Below, piece after piece: positions 10,552-20,534 of a DNA stretch of 64,000 nt. The position numbers and the translations under genes are program-made. Location: positions 77,836 through 141,835 of the forward strand of contig PCXB01000050.1 in assembly GCA_002787535.1 (NCBI GenBank), in the 5' to 3' direction. This DNA comes from Deltaproteobacteria bacterium CG11_big_fil_rev_8_21_14_0_20_45_16. GTDB lineage: Bacteria; Bdellovibrionota; UBA2394. Below the pieces are notes generated by a model, which was not told the origin of the DNA, did not search any database, and saw nothing but the letters and a program-made list of their open reading frames with translations. The stretch's first letter is position 1. The number at the start of each line of letters is the position of its first letter.

Positions 10552-10581
10552 TTGACAAAAGCTTGTCTCGTACCGAATGAT
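10552..10581 (+). promoter_or_regulatory. Putative internal sigma70 promoter for murD
   Basis: TTGACA-N18-AATGAT in the mraY-murD gap, 8 nt before the ATG. Confidence 0.4.
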
Positions 10582-10589
10582 CGAAGACC

Positions 10590-11825
10590 ATGGTATTCGG
10601 TCATGAAAAAGATCGTTGGATTTTCTTAGGCCTGGGAAAGACGACGCGGGTCAGTGCTCGTTATTTCAATGGTGAGCTTTTGTGTTTGTTTGAGACAGCA
10701 AAGGGTGTTGACGAGTTTCGTTTTGATCGTGAAGCGAACGAATGGGTCTTAAGCCTGCAATTTTCGGAAGAAACCTTCGATAGCCTCGAATGGCAAGGCT
10801 ATAAGCCATCATCTTTCATCCTTTCACCCGGAATAGATCCGCGAAGGGCATTCTATGCTCAGATACAGAGCTTCGAAGTTCGTGAGATGGATCTGTTTCG
10901 ACAATTTTTTAGGGGTCGTTGTATTCTTGTCACCGGTACAAATGGCAAATCTAGCTTGGCCGCGCGCGCGGCTTTTTTGTTGGAAAAACATTTGGGAGAG
11001 GGCCCGGTTTTCTTGGGGGGAAACTTCGGGCGACCGATGTTGGATATTTGCGGCAATCATTTTGCTGCGGCTGTTTTGGAAATTTCTAGTTTTCAGGCGG
11101 AGCGACTAAAGTCAGCACAGTTTGATCTTGGCGTTCTGCTCAATCTAAGCCCCGATCATTTGGATCGTTACGCCACGGCTCAACAATATTATGAAGCTAA
11201 ATTGAGACTTTTAGATCGCTGTGCGTTGGTGGCTATTCCTTCTGATCTGCCGGTATCTTATTTCCGCGCTTCCGAGAGTTTAATTAAGTTTGAGTCGGAA
11301 TCGTCGCAGCGAGTAATTTTGCGAAGCCTCTTTGAAAAATTGTCTAAAATCTGGAATTTTAAGTTGCAGGAAGATCTGTTTGATCAATTGCCAAATCTTC
11401 CTCATCGCTTAGAAAGGAAACAGCTTGAAAATGGAGCGTGGATTATAAACGATTCAAAAGCGACTAATGTAGAATCAACTCTTTATGCCCTCAAGCAGAT
11501 TCAACCGGAGTTTTCTAGAATTCTTTTGATACTGGGAGGGAAGTCGAAGGGGGGTGATTTTTCCAGAATTGCGTCGATGTTGCGGCCGAGTGACGAAGCT
11601 CATTTGTATGGTCAAGCGAGGGAAGAGATTGGCGCGTCGTTTGAGAGGGCGGGCAAAGAGTGCCTGAAATACAAAAGCTTGTCTGAGCTTCTCAAGTTTT
11701 TTCAATCAAAGCTGAAGGCGGAGGATTGTTTGTTGCTCGCACCGGCCTGCGCGAGCTTTGATGAGTTTCGAAACTACGAAGAGCGAGGACGCTTCTTTTT
11801 TGAGAGCTTTCCAAAAGCTTCTTGA
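10590..11825 (+). CDS. murD: UDP-MurNAc-L-Ala:D-Glu ligase MurD (divergent N-terminal domain)
   Basis: LSPGI, VTGTNGKSS, LGGNFG, LEISSFQ, NLSPDHLDRY, PHRLE, NDSKATN and LAPACASFDEFRNYEERG. Confidence 0.93.
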   Translation: MVFGHEKDRWIFLGLGKTTRVSARYFNGELLCLFETAKGVDEFRFDREANEWVLSLQFSEETFDSLEWQGYKPSSFILSPGIDPRRAFYAQIQSFEVREMDLFRQFFRGRCILVTGTNGKSSLAARAAFLLEKHLGEGPVFLGGNFGRPMLDICGNHFAAAVLEISSFQAERLKSAQFDLGVLLNLSPDHLDRYATAQQYYEAKLRLLDRCALVAIPSDLPVSYFRASESLIKFESESSQRVILRSLFEKLSKIWNFKLQEDLFDQLPNLPHRLERKQLENGAWIINDSKATNVESTLYALKQIQPEFSRILLILGGKSKGGDFSRIASMLRPSDEAHLYGQAREEIGASFERAGKECLKYKSLSELLKFFQSKLKAEDCLLLAPACASFDEFRNYEERGRFFFESFPKAS

Positions 11826-11849
11826 ACTGGCCCTTCGGCCCTGTAGAAT
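11822..11849 (+). promoter_or_regulatory. Putative internal sigma70 promoter for ftsW
   Basis: TTGAAC-N16-TAGAAT just upstream of the GTG at 11859. Confidence 0.35.
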
Positions 11850-11858
11850 AGTATTATT

Positions 11859-13013
11859 GTGGCCTGGGGTGAGCGAAAGTCAAAATCTGTACAGACACGG
11901 GGAAGCTTGCCTCGTCCAGCCGGCCTTTCAAATTTGCCATTATTTTTTCTGGCCGTATTGCTAAGTGGACTTGGGTTGCTAGTGATATATAGCGCTTCGG
12001 CTATTTTAGGCAGTCAAAAATTCGGGGATGGACTTTATTACGTCAAGAAGCAAGCAGTGTTTTTGGGGGCCGGTTGGCTTTTATATTTTGTGGTCGCACA
12101 GATCTCCGTAATTCGGCTTTGTAAATTGAGATTGAGTTTTATTATTGTATCCCTTCTTTTGTTGCTTAGTGTTTTTATTCCTGGATGGGGTGTGTCGGCG
12201 GGGGGAGCGACACGTTGGATCAGCCTTGGATTTGTACAATTTCAGCCAGCTGAATTTGTCCGCCTTATGATTATTTTTTACTTGGCTGGAACATTGGCCT
12301 TTAGACGAGATCGATTGAATTCATTTAATAAAGGGTTCTTGCCCCTTTTGGTCGTGACTTCGATATTAATGTTCATTTTAATTTTACAGCCAGATTTCGG
12401 AAGTGCCATGGGAATTTTTATGATTAGTTTAGCTCTTTGGTTTGTTGGGGGAGTGCCCGTGGCATTTTTGGCGGGGCTTTTAGTTTTGTCCATGCCGGCA
12501 ATTGTTTTTCTGATTTATCAGGCTTCTTATCGAGCCTTGAGGCTCGCTAGTTTTCTGGACCCATGGAAGGACCCTCAGGGAAGCGGTTTTCAGGTCATTC
12601 AATCATTTACCGCTTTTTATCAAGGTGGCTGGGCTGGTGTGGGCCTCGGGAATGGGCAGCAGAAACTCTTTTACCTTCCCGAAGCCCATACGGATTTTAT
12701 TTTTTCCGTGATCGGGGAAGAGCTTGGGATTGTCGGAGCTGTTTTGGTGGTTGGTTTATTTGTGAGTCTGCTGATTATGGGCTCTCGAATTGCGCGAGCT
12801 CAGGCGAGCTTGCCAGGCTATCTATTGGCCACAGGGCTTACCGTCTTTTTCGTTCTTCCGGCTTTACTCAATATGATGGTGACCTTGGGCTTACTGCCAA
12901 CTAAGGGCTTGCCCTTGCCATTTTTTAGTTACGGTGGCTCTTCTTTGGTCGCCGCATTAATTGCCCTTGGATCTCTTCAAAGTCTTCACCGTCGACGGGA
13001 TGAGGCGTGGTAA
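11859..13013 (+). CDS. ftsW: SEDS peptidoglycan polymerase FtsW
   Basis: GATRWI, FQPAEF, LQPDFGS, GLGNGQQKLFYLPEAHTDFIF and LPFFSYGGSSL; upstream of murG. Confidence 0.96.
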   Translation: MAWGERKSKSVQTRGSLPRPAGLSNLPLFFLAVLLSGLGLLVIYSASAILGSQKFGDGLYYVKKQAVFLGAGWLLYFVVAQISVIRLCKLRLSFIIVSLLLLLSVFIPGWGVSAGGATRWISLGFVQFQPAEFVRLMIIFYLAGTLAFRRDRLNSFNKGFLPLLVVTSILMFILILQPDFGSAMGIFMISLALWFVGGVPVAFLAGLLVLSMPAIVFLIYQASYRALRLASFLDPWKDPQGSGFQVIQSFTAFYQGGWAGVGLGNGQQKLFYLPEAHTDFIFSVIGEELGIVGAVLVVGLFVSLLIMGSRIARAQASLPGYLLATGLTVFFVLPALLNMMVTLGLLPTKGLPLPFFSYGGSSLVAALIALGSLQSLHRRRDEAW

Positions 13014-14050
13014 AGGCTTTACAAGCCAACAAAATTGTCATTGCAGGTGGAGGAACTGGCGGACATTTCTTTTGTGGCTTAGCCGTAGCTGAACATTTTC
13101 TGGAGGCCTATCCTGATGCTCAGGTTGTTTTAGTAGGTGTTCAAAGAGGAATCGAAGGTCGCTATAGGTTGCAAGATCGTCGGATGCGGTTGGTTTTCAT
13201 CCCGGCCAAGGGTTTTATGAACCAGTCATTTTTTCAAAAGATCGAAGCCATAGTATTGTTGCTACGAGGCTGTTTAAGTTCATTAAGGATTTTAATTCGT
13301 GAAAGGCCCCGTGCTGTGATCGGCGTTGGAGGTTATGCCAGTGCGCCATGTATTTTGGCGGCCTATTTTTTAAAATTGTTCTTAGGATTTAAATTGAGTG
13401 TTGTAGATCAGAATTCGGTTCCAGGATTAGTGAATCGGTTTTTTTCAAAACTTGGGGTGCGCGCCTTTTGTCCCTTTCCCTTCAGAGGATTTCAATTAAT
13501 CAAAATGCCGATTCGTAAAAATATCGAGGAGCATGCAAAACAGGCAGCAAAGTTTTCATGGCCACCCAAATGTATTTTTGTACAAGGGGGTTCGCAGGGA
13601 GCTGCTGGTTTAAATAAAGCTTGGATTCGAATCTTACCTCAACTTAAGGCTGCTTTGCCTGAGGCTCGGTATATCCATCAGACAGGAGCTAGTAGCTTAG
13701 ATAATGTACAAACGGCCTATCAGGAGCTCGGAATGGATGCGGAATGCTTTGGGTTTACGGATGAAATTGCAAGGTACCTTTCGCAGGCCGACCTCGTGGT
13801 ATCTCGATCGGGCGCCTTGAGTAGTTTTGAACTTATTGAGTTTCAGAGGCCGACGGTATTTGTGCCCTTTCCCCGTGCAAGTGAAGATCATCAATTTAAG
13901 AACGCCATAGCTCTGCAGGAATCGTCTTGGGTGGTGGCCGAAGCTGAATTTTGTTGGGAGCGAATGCGAGGGATTTTAAGTCAATCAGTTCCTTCTTTGC
14001 CGCGGCCAAGGAATCCCGCTCAATTAACCTGGCGAGCTCTTTTGAGTTAA
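13007..14050 (+). CDS. murG: GlcNAc transferase MurG
   Basis: AGGGTGGH, GVGGYASAP, DQNSVPG, GGSQGA, HQTG, SRSGA and HQFKNA. Confidence 0.92.
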   Translation: MVKALQANKIVIAGGGTGGHFFCGLAVAEHFLEAYPDAQVVLVGVQRGIEGRYRLQDRRMRLVFIPAKGFMNQSFFQKIEAIVLLLRGCLSSLRILIRERPRAVIGVGGYASAPCILAAYFLKLFLGFKLSVVDQNSVPGLVNRFFSKLGVRAFCPFPFRGFQLIKMPIRKNIEEHAKQAAKFSWPPKCIFVQGGSQGAAGLNKAWIRILPQLKAALPEARYIHQTGASSLDNVQTAYQELGMDAECFGFTDEIARYLSQADLVVSRSGALSSFELIEFQRPTVFVPFPRASEDHQFKNAIALQESSWVVAEAEFCWERMRGILSQSVPSLPRPRNPAQLTWRALLS

Positions 14051-14064
14051 TGTAAGAAAAAATA

Positions 14065-15474
14065 GTGTTTTGGAACCGTCAGCAAAAACCGGCTATTCAT
14101 CTTATTGGCGTAGGCGGCAGCGGGATGAGCGGAATCGCAGAATTACTTTTAGCGTCAGAGTTTCCTGTTAGCGGCAGTGATTTGACAAGGTCCACCATAA
14201 CCGACCGATTGGAATCTCTTGGAGCTAAAATCTATTACGATCATCATGCGAGTCACATTCAGCAACCAAGTTGCGTGGTGGTTTCATCGGCAGTTCAAGT
14301 CTCGAATCCCGAGTGGCAAGAGGCAGTTCGTCGTTCTATTCCTGTTATCCAACGAGCAGAAATGCTCGCTGAATTGATGAGACTAAAAAAGGGGATTGCT
14401 GTGGCGGGTTCCCACGGCAAAACAACAACGACTAGTCTGCTGGGACAGGTCTTGCATAGCCTGGACCCTACTGTTGTGGTTGGTGGTAGGTTACAACATT
14501 GGAACGCCTCCAGTCTTGTGGGCAAAGGATCCACTTTTATTATCGAAGCCGATGAAAGCGATCGAAGTTTCCTGAAGTTTTCGCCAGTTTACTCAATTGT
14601 GACCAATATAGATTTGGAGCATTTGGATAACTATCGAGATCTGAATGATATCAAGGATTGTTTTGTAAGTTTTCTCAATCGAACAGCTTTTTTTGGAGAA
14701 AATTGGATTTGTGCGGACTGCGAGAACTTGCAGAGCATTCGGCCACGATTGAATAAGCCGACCAAGACTTTTGGTTATGCAGAGGATGCGGATATTCGGA
14801 TCACGAGGGTAGAATGGGAAAGAACCAAATCCTTATTTTGTCTCGAGAGAAAAACTGGAGAAGATTTGGGGAGCTTCGAAATTCCAGTTCCAGGTCGACA
14901 CAATATTTTGAATGCAACAGGAGCCATAAGCTTGGCGCTGAGTTTGGGGATTGGGCTTACCAGCTTACGTCGAAGTTTGAAGAACTTTGTTCAAGCCGAT
15001 CGAAGGCTGCAAACTCATTATCGCTCGGAGCGTTTCGCTGTAGTTGAAGACTACGCTCATCATCCGACAGAAATTCGAGCTGCTATGGAGGGCGTGAGCC
15101 AAATGTTTCCTGGCTTTCGGAAAATCGTTATTTTTCAACCTCATCGCTATACACGAACTAAAGCCCTCTGGGATGAGTTTGTAGGCGCACTTGGCGGGCT
15201 TTCGGATGAACTATATTTACTGCCAATTTATGCAGCCCATGAGGCTGCGATCGAAGGCGTCTCTTCTGACAGACTTGCAGCTGACATCGGTACGCGGGCC
15301 AATCTATGGGGGGCACTTCCACAGGCCTCTGTTTTTGCATCGGAGTGCTCCGTTCGTCAGGAGCCAGTAGTTGCTGTTGTGTTGGGAGCGGCACCTTTGA
15401 CAAGTTTTGCAAAGTCTCTTGCCTTCGAGCTTGAAAGTCTGGCTTCACGCAGTGCGGTGATTTCTAAAGTCTGA
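14065..15474 (+). CDS. murC: UDP-MurNAc:L-Ala ligase MurC
   Basis: IHLIGVGGSGMSGIA, AVAGSHGKTTTTS, EADESDRSF, TNIDLEHLD, DYAHHPTEI and FQPHRYTRT. Confidence 0.96.
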   Translation: MFWNRQQKPAIHLIGVGGSGMSGIAELLLASEFPVSGSDLTRSTITDRLESLGAKIYYDHHASHIQQPSCVVVSSAVQVSNPEWQEAVRRSIPVIQRAEMLAELMRLKKGIAVAGSHGKTTTTSLLGQVLHSLDPTVVVGGRLQHWNASSLVGKGSTFIIEADESDRSFLKFSPVYSIVTNIDLEHLDNYRDLNDIKDCFVSFLNRTAFFGENWICADCENLQSIRPRLNKPTKTFGYAEDADIRITRVEWERTKSLFCLERKTGEDLGSFEIPVPGRHNILNATGAISLALSLGIGLTSLRRSLKNFVQADRRLQTHYRSERFAVVEDYAHHPTEIRAAMEGVSQMFPGFRKIVIFQPHRYTRTKALWDEFVGALGGLSDELYLLPIYAAHEAAIEGVSSDRLAADIGTRANLWGALPQASVFASECSVRQEPVVAVVLGAAPLTSFAKSLAFELESLASRSAVISKV

Positions 15475-15481
15475 GCTTTCC

Positions 15482-15511
15482 TTGACGATTCCTAATTCAC
15501 TGAGTCACACT
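15482..15511 (+). promoter_or_regulatory. Putative sigma70 promoter for ftsQAZ
   Basis: TTGACG-N18-CACACT in the murC-ftsQ gap; SD-like GGGGGA downstream. Confidence 0.35.
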
Positions 15512-15532
15512 TAAAGCATTGGGGGAACTTTC

Positions 15533-16450
15533 ATGAGCACTAAATCTCGTTCGGCACGCAGCGCGTCACGAGATTGGAGGGCCAAGAGCTTTCTGTGGAC
15601 CTCGCTCATTGTGACGGCTCTCAGCATTATCTTTTTCTTTGCAGGGCGTTATCTTTCTCATAAAATTAAAGAATTGGATTCTCGTTCACCGCAACAGTTC
15701 TTATATGAACTGGCACAGTACGGAGGGGTTGTGATTTCAAATATACGGCTCGAGTCAAAGATTGATGACGAGCCTTTTGACAGCGCTCAAGTTCAACAGC
15801 TTAGTCGTCGACTCGAGAGCTTGAAGGGTCAAATTATTTTTAACGTCGACATTCAGTCCCTCACGAAAGAGGTCGAGAATCTTCCGTGGGTACAGGCGGT
15901 GAGAGTCTATCGTCGTTTCCCTGACAAGCTTGAGGTGTTGGTTGCGGCTCGGCAGCCGGCCCTTCTTGTTCGCGCTCAGAATTCTTGGTTGATTGTGGAC
16001 GAAGCTGGAGCTTTCGTTGGAACTATGCGCGCCATTAAGAAAGAATATTTTGGACTTCCCAAAGTCTTTGGGTACGAGACTCAAATTTCGGGCGAAATCG
16101 AAGAGATCAATCGCCTTTACGAAGATGAAAGGTCCAAACTTGCTGATTTGGTTAAGGTCGTTAGGGCTCTGAAAGAAAAAGTGAATATTTCTGTCGAAGA
16201 GGTTCGTATCCAAAGGCGAGATTGGTTGGATGAAGTCCTATTTCAAGTTGGCTGGCGAGATTCTCAATCTAGAAAATTTCAAGTAAGTCTTCTTTCTCAT
16301 TATTGGGAAGATCGCCTTACTTCGTTACAGTTTGTTATGAGTGATATTGTGTCCGATAGATTTCAGGAGGTTTCCATTCTTGGTCAGTATAAGAAAAGAT
16401 GGGTTTTGAGCTTCGATAGTCGATCATCCGAAATAAGTAAGGAGTTTTAA
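15533..16450 (+). CDS. ftsQ: Cell division protein FtsQ/DivIB
   Basis: N-terminal TM helix; POTRA signature LPWVQAVRVYRRFPDKLEV; directly upstream of ftsA. Confidence 0.88.
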   Translation: MSTKSRSARSASRDWRAKSFLWTSLIVTALSIIFFFAGRYLSHKIKELDSRSPQQFLYELAQYGGVVISNIRLESKIDDEPFDSAQVQQLSRRLESLKGQIIFNVDIQSLTKEVENLPWVQAVRVYRRFPDKLEVLVAARQPALLVRAQNSWLIVDEAGAFVGTMRAIKKEYFGLPKVFGYETQISGEIEEINRLYEDERSKLADLVKVVRALKEKVNISVEEVRIQRRDWLDEVLFQVGWRDSQSRKFQVSLLSHYWEDRLTSLQFVMSDIVSDRFQEVSILGQYKKRWVLSFDSRSSEISKEF

Positions 16451-16451
16451 G

Positions 16452-17678
16452 TTGAGAAAAGCTTTCCCGACCATAGCAGCCTGTGATTTTGGTAGCAGCA
16501 AGGTAGCAATTCTAATTTGCGAAATCACCCCTTCCGGTCTTGAAGTTGCTGGTTTTGGACAAGCTCGTTCGCGTGGCGTTCGAAAGGGTGTCGTCGTGAA
16601 CCTGGATTCAACTGTTGAGGCGCTTCAGGAAGCCATCCATGAGGCTCAAAGCTTAAGTCAGGTGGACATTGACTTCTTAGTTTGTGGTGTGACGGGCACG
16701 CATATTCAGTGTTTGCAGTCCAATGGAATGATCCCCGTTCGCGAACGCGAAATCCGACAGTTGGATGTGCAAAAAGTTTTGGAGACGGCTTCGACGGTAA
16801 GTCTTCCTTTGGATCGCGAAGTAATTCAGGTCATTCCTCAAGAATATATTGTTGATGGGCAGGACGGAATTCATCAGCCTGTTGGGATGTATGGGCGTCG
16901 TCTCGAAGCCCGAGTTCAGATTGTTACAGGTGCTGTAACCACACTACAAAATATTCGTCGTTGTTTGCAAAAAGCAGATTTGGATTCAGATGCTTTTATT
17001 TCTCATCCCTTGGCAAGTGCTCGTGCGGTGGTTGGACCGCAAGAGAGAGAGGCTGGAGTCTGTGTTGTTGATATTGGCGCAGCATCCACAGATATGGTTG
17101 TTTTTCAAGATGGGGTTTTAAGTTGGTTGCAGTCAATTTCTATCGGTGGCATGCACCTGACCAACGACCTGGCGGTTGGTCTGAAGACAAGCCTAAATGA
17201 TGCTGAAGAAATTAAACACCGTTACGGTTGTGTCCTGCAGCCCGATCCCTATGAGAAAGTCGAAATTGTCGGATTGGCCGGCGCGGAAACCAGGCAGATT
17301 GATCGCCGTTTGATCACAACCATTTTGCAGCCTCGAGTCGAAGAGATTTTGCAACTTGTGAGAAACGAGCTGGCTAAACGAGGCGTGGATGAGAGTTTAC
17401 CTTCCGGCATTGTGTTAACTGGCGGGAGTTCTCTTCTCAAGGGGCTTCTGGATGTTTCACATTCAGTTTTTTCCTTGCCTTGTCGCCTAGGGCGCCCGGA
17501 GAGATTGGGTGGTTTAAGTGAAATGATTTCGACGCCGGTCTACTCATCACTGGTTGGCCTTATACAGCTGGGATTTGAGCAAAGTGAAGACCTCAAATAT
17601 ATGGCAAGTGTTTATCAGAAAAAGGGTGTTAAAAAGTTTCAAGCACAAGTGTTTCGTTGGATGAAAGATTTTTTCTAA
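16452..17678 (+). CDS. ftsA: Cell division protein FtsA
   Basis: DFGSSKV, GVRKGVVVN, VDIGA, GIVLTGGSS and the C-terminal amphipathic helix FRWMKDFF. Confidence 0.96.
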   Translation: MRKAFPTIAACDFGSSKVAILICEITPSGLEVAGFGQARSRGVRKGVVVNLDSTVEALQEAIHEAQSLSQVDIDFLVCGVTGTHIQCLQSNGMIPVREREIRQLDVQKVLETASTVSLPLDREVIQVIPQEYIVDGQDGIHQPVGMYGRRLEARVQIVTGAVTTLQNIRRCLQKADLDSDAFISHPLASARAVVGPQEREAGVCVVDIGAASTDMVVFQDGVLSWLQSISIGGMHLTNDLAVGLKTSLNDAEEIKHRYGCVLQPDPYEKVEIVGLAGAETRQIDRRLITTILQPRVEEILQLVRNELAKRGVDESLPSGIVLTGGSSLLKGLLDVSHSVFSLPCRLGRPERLGGLSEMISTPVYSSLVGLIQLGFEQSEDLKYMASVYQKKGVKKFQAQVFRWMKDFF

Positions 17679-17687
17679 GGAGGGGAT

Positions 17688-18875
17688 ATGTCAAAGAAAA
17701 TAGATCAAAATATGTCGGTAGTATTAGGTGCAAAAATTAAAGTGATCGGCGTTGGCGGAGGTGGCGGGAACGCTATTAACACCATGATTCGGCAAGGCTT
17801 GCGAGGTGTTGAATTCATCGCAGCCAATACGGATGCGCAGGCTCTGACGAATAATCTTGCAGATAACAAAATTCAGCTCGGGCAAACTTTGACTAAGGGG
17901 CTAGGGGCGGGGGCCAATCCAGCGGTGGCACGTGAGGCTGCCTTAGAAGACTCTCAAATGATTTCAGAATTTCTTGATGGCTCAGATATGATTTTCGTCA
18001 CCTGCGGACTAGGGGGCGGTACGGGCACTGGAGCTGCGCCGGTTATCGCTCAGCTTGCCAAAAGCATAGGCATACTAACCGTTGGAGTTGTGACCAAACC
18101 CTTCGGGTTTGAGGGGAAACGACGCCGTCGTCAGGCTGAAGAAGGTCTTCAAGAAATGAAGGATAATGTGGATACTCTGATTACGATTCCCAATCAAAGG
18201 TTGATGGAGGTCGCGACAGATCAAATGACGATGTTGGATGCCTTTCATAAGGTTGATGAGGTTCTTTTGTCGGCAGTTAAAGGAATTAGTGATCTCATTA
18301 ATATTCATGGGATGGTGAACGTAGACTTTGCTGATGTTCGAACCGTGATGAGTGAGATGGGCATGGCCCTTATGGGGACGGGCGAATCACGTGGGGATAA
18401 TCGAGCCATGATCGCGTCGCGCAATGCTATTTCGAGCCCTCTCCTTGAGGATGTTTCCATCGAGGGAGCAACAGGGATATTGATCAATATTACGGGAACC
18501 TCATCGATGACTCTGTATGAGGTCAATGCTGCGGCAACTTTGATCCAAGAGGCTGCACATGAAGATGCAAATATTATCTTTGGAAGCGTCATCGACGATT
18601 CCTTGGATGATCGAATTCGAGTGACGGTTATAGCCACCGGTTTCAAAAAAGAAGATAAGCCTCAACCCATGAGGACTCATGCAACTCTCGGCGTGAATCA
18701 ACGCTCTCCAGCTACAGCTTTGAATCTAGCTGTCATGGAAGCGCCAACTGAGCCAGCATCAGCAGGTCTCGGAATGTCCTCTGGGGGTCCCTTAGGTCGG
18801 CAACGTCGGTCTATGAGTTCGTTCGAGGAAGATCGGTTTGAAGTGCCGACTTTTTTGAGAAAGCAATTGGACTAA
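17688..18875 (+). CDS. ftsZ: Cell division protein FtsZ
   Basis: [13 protein letters not shown], tubulin motif [18 protein letters not shown] and the C-terminal peptide [10 protein letters not shown]. Confidence 0.99.
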   Translation: MSKKIDQNMSVVLGAKIKVIGVGGGGGNAINTMIRQGLRGVEFIAANTDAQALTNNLADNKIQLGQTLTKGLGAGANPAVAREAALEDSQMISEFLDGSDMIFVTCGLGGGTGTGAAPVIAQLAKSIGILTVGVVTKPFGFEGKRRRRQAEEGLQEMKDNVDTLITIPNQRLMEVATDQMTMLDAFHKVDEVLLSAVKGISDLINIHGMVNVDFADVRTVMSEMGMALMGTGESRGDNRAMIASRNAISSPLLEDVSIEGATGILINITGTSSMTLYEVNAAATLIQEAAHEDANIIFGSVIDDSLDDRIRVTVIATGFKKEDKPQPMRTHATLGVNQRSPATALNLAVMEAPTEPASAGLGMSSGGPLGRQRRSMSSFEEDRFEVPTFLRKQLD

Positions 18876-19809
18876 GAATAAAATCCATCAGCTCTTGGCG
18901 TGTATCTTCACCCATTAACTGCAAGGGAATTTTATCGACAGTAATCGATGGAAATAATTTAGTAAGGATTTGATTCAAGACTATTTCCTTTTGTTTCAGT
19001 CTTCTAAATTCCTCAAAGAAGGGGTGCGCGTTTTCTGGTATATGGAAATCTGTGACACTTCGGTTGATGCTAATTCGTACATTCGAAGTTTTTTTAAGAA
19101 AGGCCTTCATTTCGATAAGAAAAGATTCATGGGTCTCTGGAGTCAAAATAATGTGATGGAGCGTCTCTTCGTCAAAAATTTTCTTTTCTAAATTTTTCGC
19201 GGCATTTTGAAATCGATCAATATGGAGACTTAACCAGTCTAAAAACTCCATCAAATCCTTAAGTCCGCTCTTCCCAACGAAAAGTTGAAGTGCTTCGAAG
19301 ATTTTGCGCATACCAAAGTTAAGCAATTTATTCCGAGTAGTCAGTTTAACTAAGGATTTATCAAAAAACTGACTAAGATTTGTAATCGAGGAATGAAGGC
19401 CCACGGCTTCAGCAAAGGGTGGGGTGTCGACAATAATAGATCGATTGCGGTGAGTATTCATATCGTCCGCCAGCTGCAGGAGCGATAGATAATCTCGGAA
19501 TTTTTGCAATCCCTTTACCAATTCCTGATAATACCATCTCACGACTTCGTTAGAAGGATGTCTCGCCTCGAGAGCCTCAAAAAGTTCGCGAGCATCACAG
19601 GCTTTGAGATCTATGTCTTTGCCTTCTAGACTTGTCGAGCACAAACCATGAAGTCGTTCTAGCCCAAGGAGGTCATAAAGACGGTAGCTTGGATCAAGTG
19701 TAATCAAAAGTGGCTTGTCGAGTTTGCGATAAGCCTCTCGAATGGCACAATGACTCTTGCCAACGCCACCTGAACCCCAAACAAAATGAAGTTGAGTTTT
19801 CTGACTCAT
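18811..19809 (-). CDS. ArsA/Get3-related P-loop ATPase, second gene of a tandem pair (BagB/Rv3680-like)
   Basis: Walker A GSGGVGKS lacking the signature Lys; [10 protein letters not shown] (TxDPxxRL); IIVDTPP. Confidence 0.8.
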   Translation of the reverse strand: MSQKTQLHFVWGSGGVGKSHCAIREAYRKLDKPLLITLDPSYRLYDLLGLERLHGLCSTSLEGKDIDLKACDARELFEALEARHPSNEVVRWYYQELVKGLQKFRDYLSLLQLADDMNTHRNRSIIVDTPPFAEAVGLHSSITNLSQFFDKSLVKLTTRNKLLNFGMRKIFEALQLFVGKSGLKDLMEFLDWLSLHIDRFQNAAKNLEKKIFDEETLHHIILTPETHESFLIEMKAFLKKTSNVRISINRSVTDFHIPENAHPFFEEFRRLKQKEIVLNQILTKLFPSITVDKIPLQLMGEDTRQELMDFILSPIAFSKKSALQTDLPRTNS

Positions 19810-20534
19810 AGTCTCCTATCACCTTCTAGGGCTCGAAATTCATAAGAGATCTTCCTTGTTCGCTCTAGCTCTCTTTCTGGGCGAGTAAAGGCAAAGTCTC
19901 GCCATGGCTGTTCCCAGTCGAAACCTTCTATTTGAGGCTTCTGATGACATCGATTAAGAACTCGGCGCTCTTTGATCTGTGGCTGAAATTCCTTGAGATA
20001 ATCACTAATCTCCTGGGACTCATGCAAAGCAGAGTTTTCGGGAAGCGAAATATTCCAAACACAAATTCTAGTCATTTCCTTTAAGATTTGATCGGCAAAG
20101 GTCTTTAGCTTTCCGGATCGGAACATCCTTTGGGCCGTTGGCGCCGCGTCCAATAAGGCTTTAAAATTTCCTGTCGAAGGACCATCATATAAGATGCTTT
20201 CCTTAGTACTTTTCTTAAGCAACTCATACAAAAGCAGTAATTGATCGAGTTGCGGCGCTAAGAACACAATATTTTGGAGTAAGCTACTAGCGCTTGCCCA
20301 GTCAGCAATTTTCTTAAACGGAATTATTTCCTCGAGCAGGGCCTCTAGAAGTTCTCGATTTGAGATTTCCAAAAATATTTTTCCAGAAACGCCCAGGCTG
20401 TTATTTTCCCGTTCGAGATCAGATTTTTTTCCAACTAGGCTTTCTATGCCTAATCTTTCACTAAGCAGAATTGAGCAGCGAGTTTTTCCGACGCCGCCCT
20501 TTCCTGTAACGATATGCAGTTTAGGCTGACTCAC
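19806..20534 (-). CDS. ArsA/Get3-related P-loop ATPase, first gene of a tandem pair (BagA/Rv3679-like), short
   Basis: Deviant Walker A LHIVTGKGGVGKT; DGPSTG; LPENSALHES; 242 aa. Confidence 0.8.
   Translation of the reverse strand: MSQPKLHIVTGKGGVGKTRCSILLSERLGIESLVGKKSDLERENNSLGVSGKIFLEISNRELLEALLEEIIPFKKIADWASASSLLQNIVFLAPQLDQLLLLYELLKKSTKESILYDGPSTGNFKALLDAAPTAQRMFRSGKLKTFADQILKEMTRICVWNISLPENSALHESQEISDYLKEFQPQIKERRVLNRCHQKPQIEGFDWEQPWRDFAFTRPERELERTRKISYEFRALEGDRRL

Noticed and set aside
18811-20534. Arsenic resistance ATPase operon
   Set aside because: No arsB, acr3, arsC, arsD or arsR nearby; the asymmetric pair fits the non-arsenic ArsA-like group.
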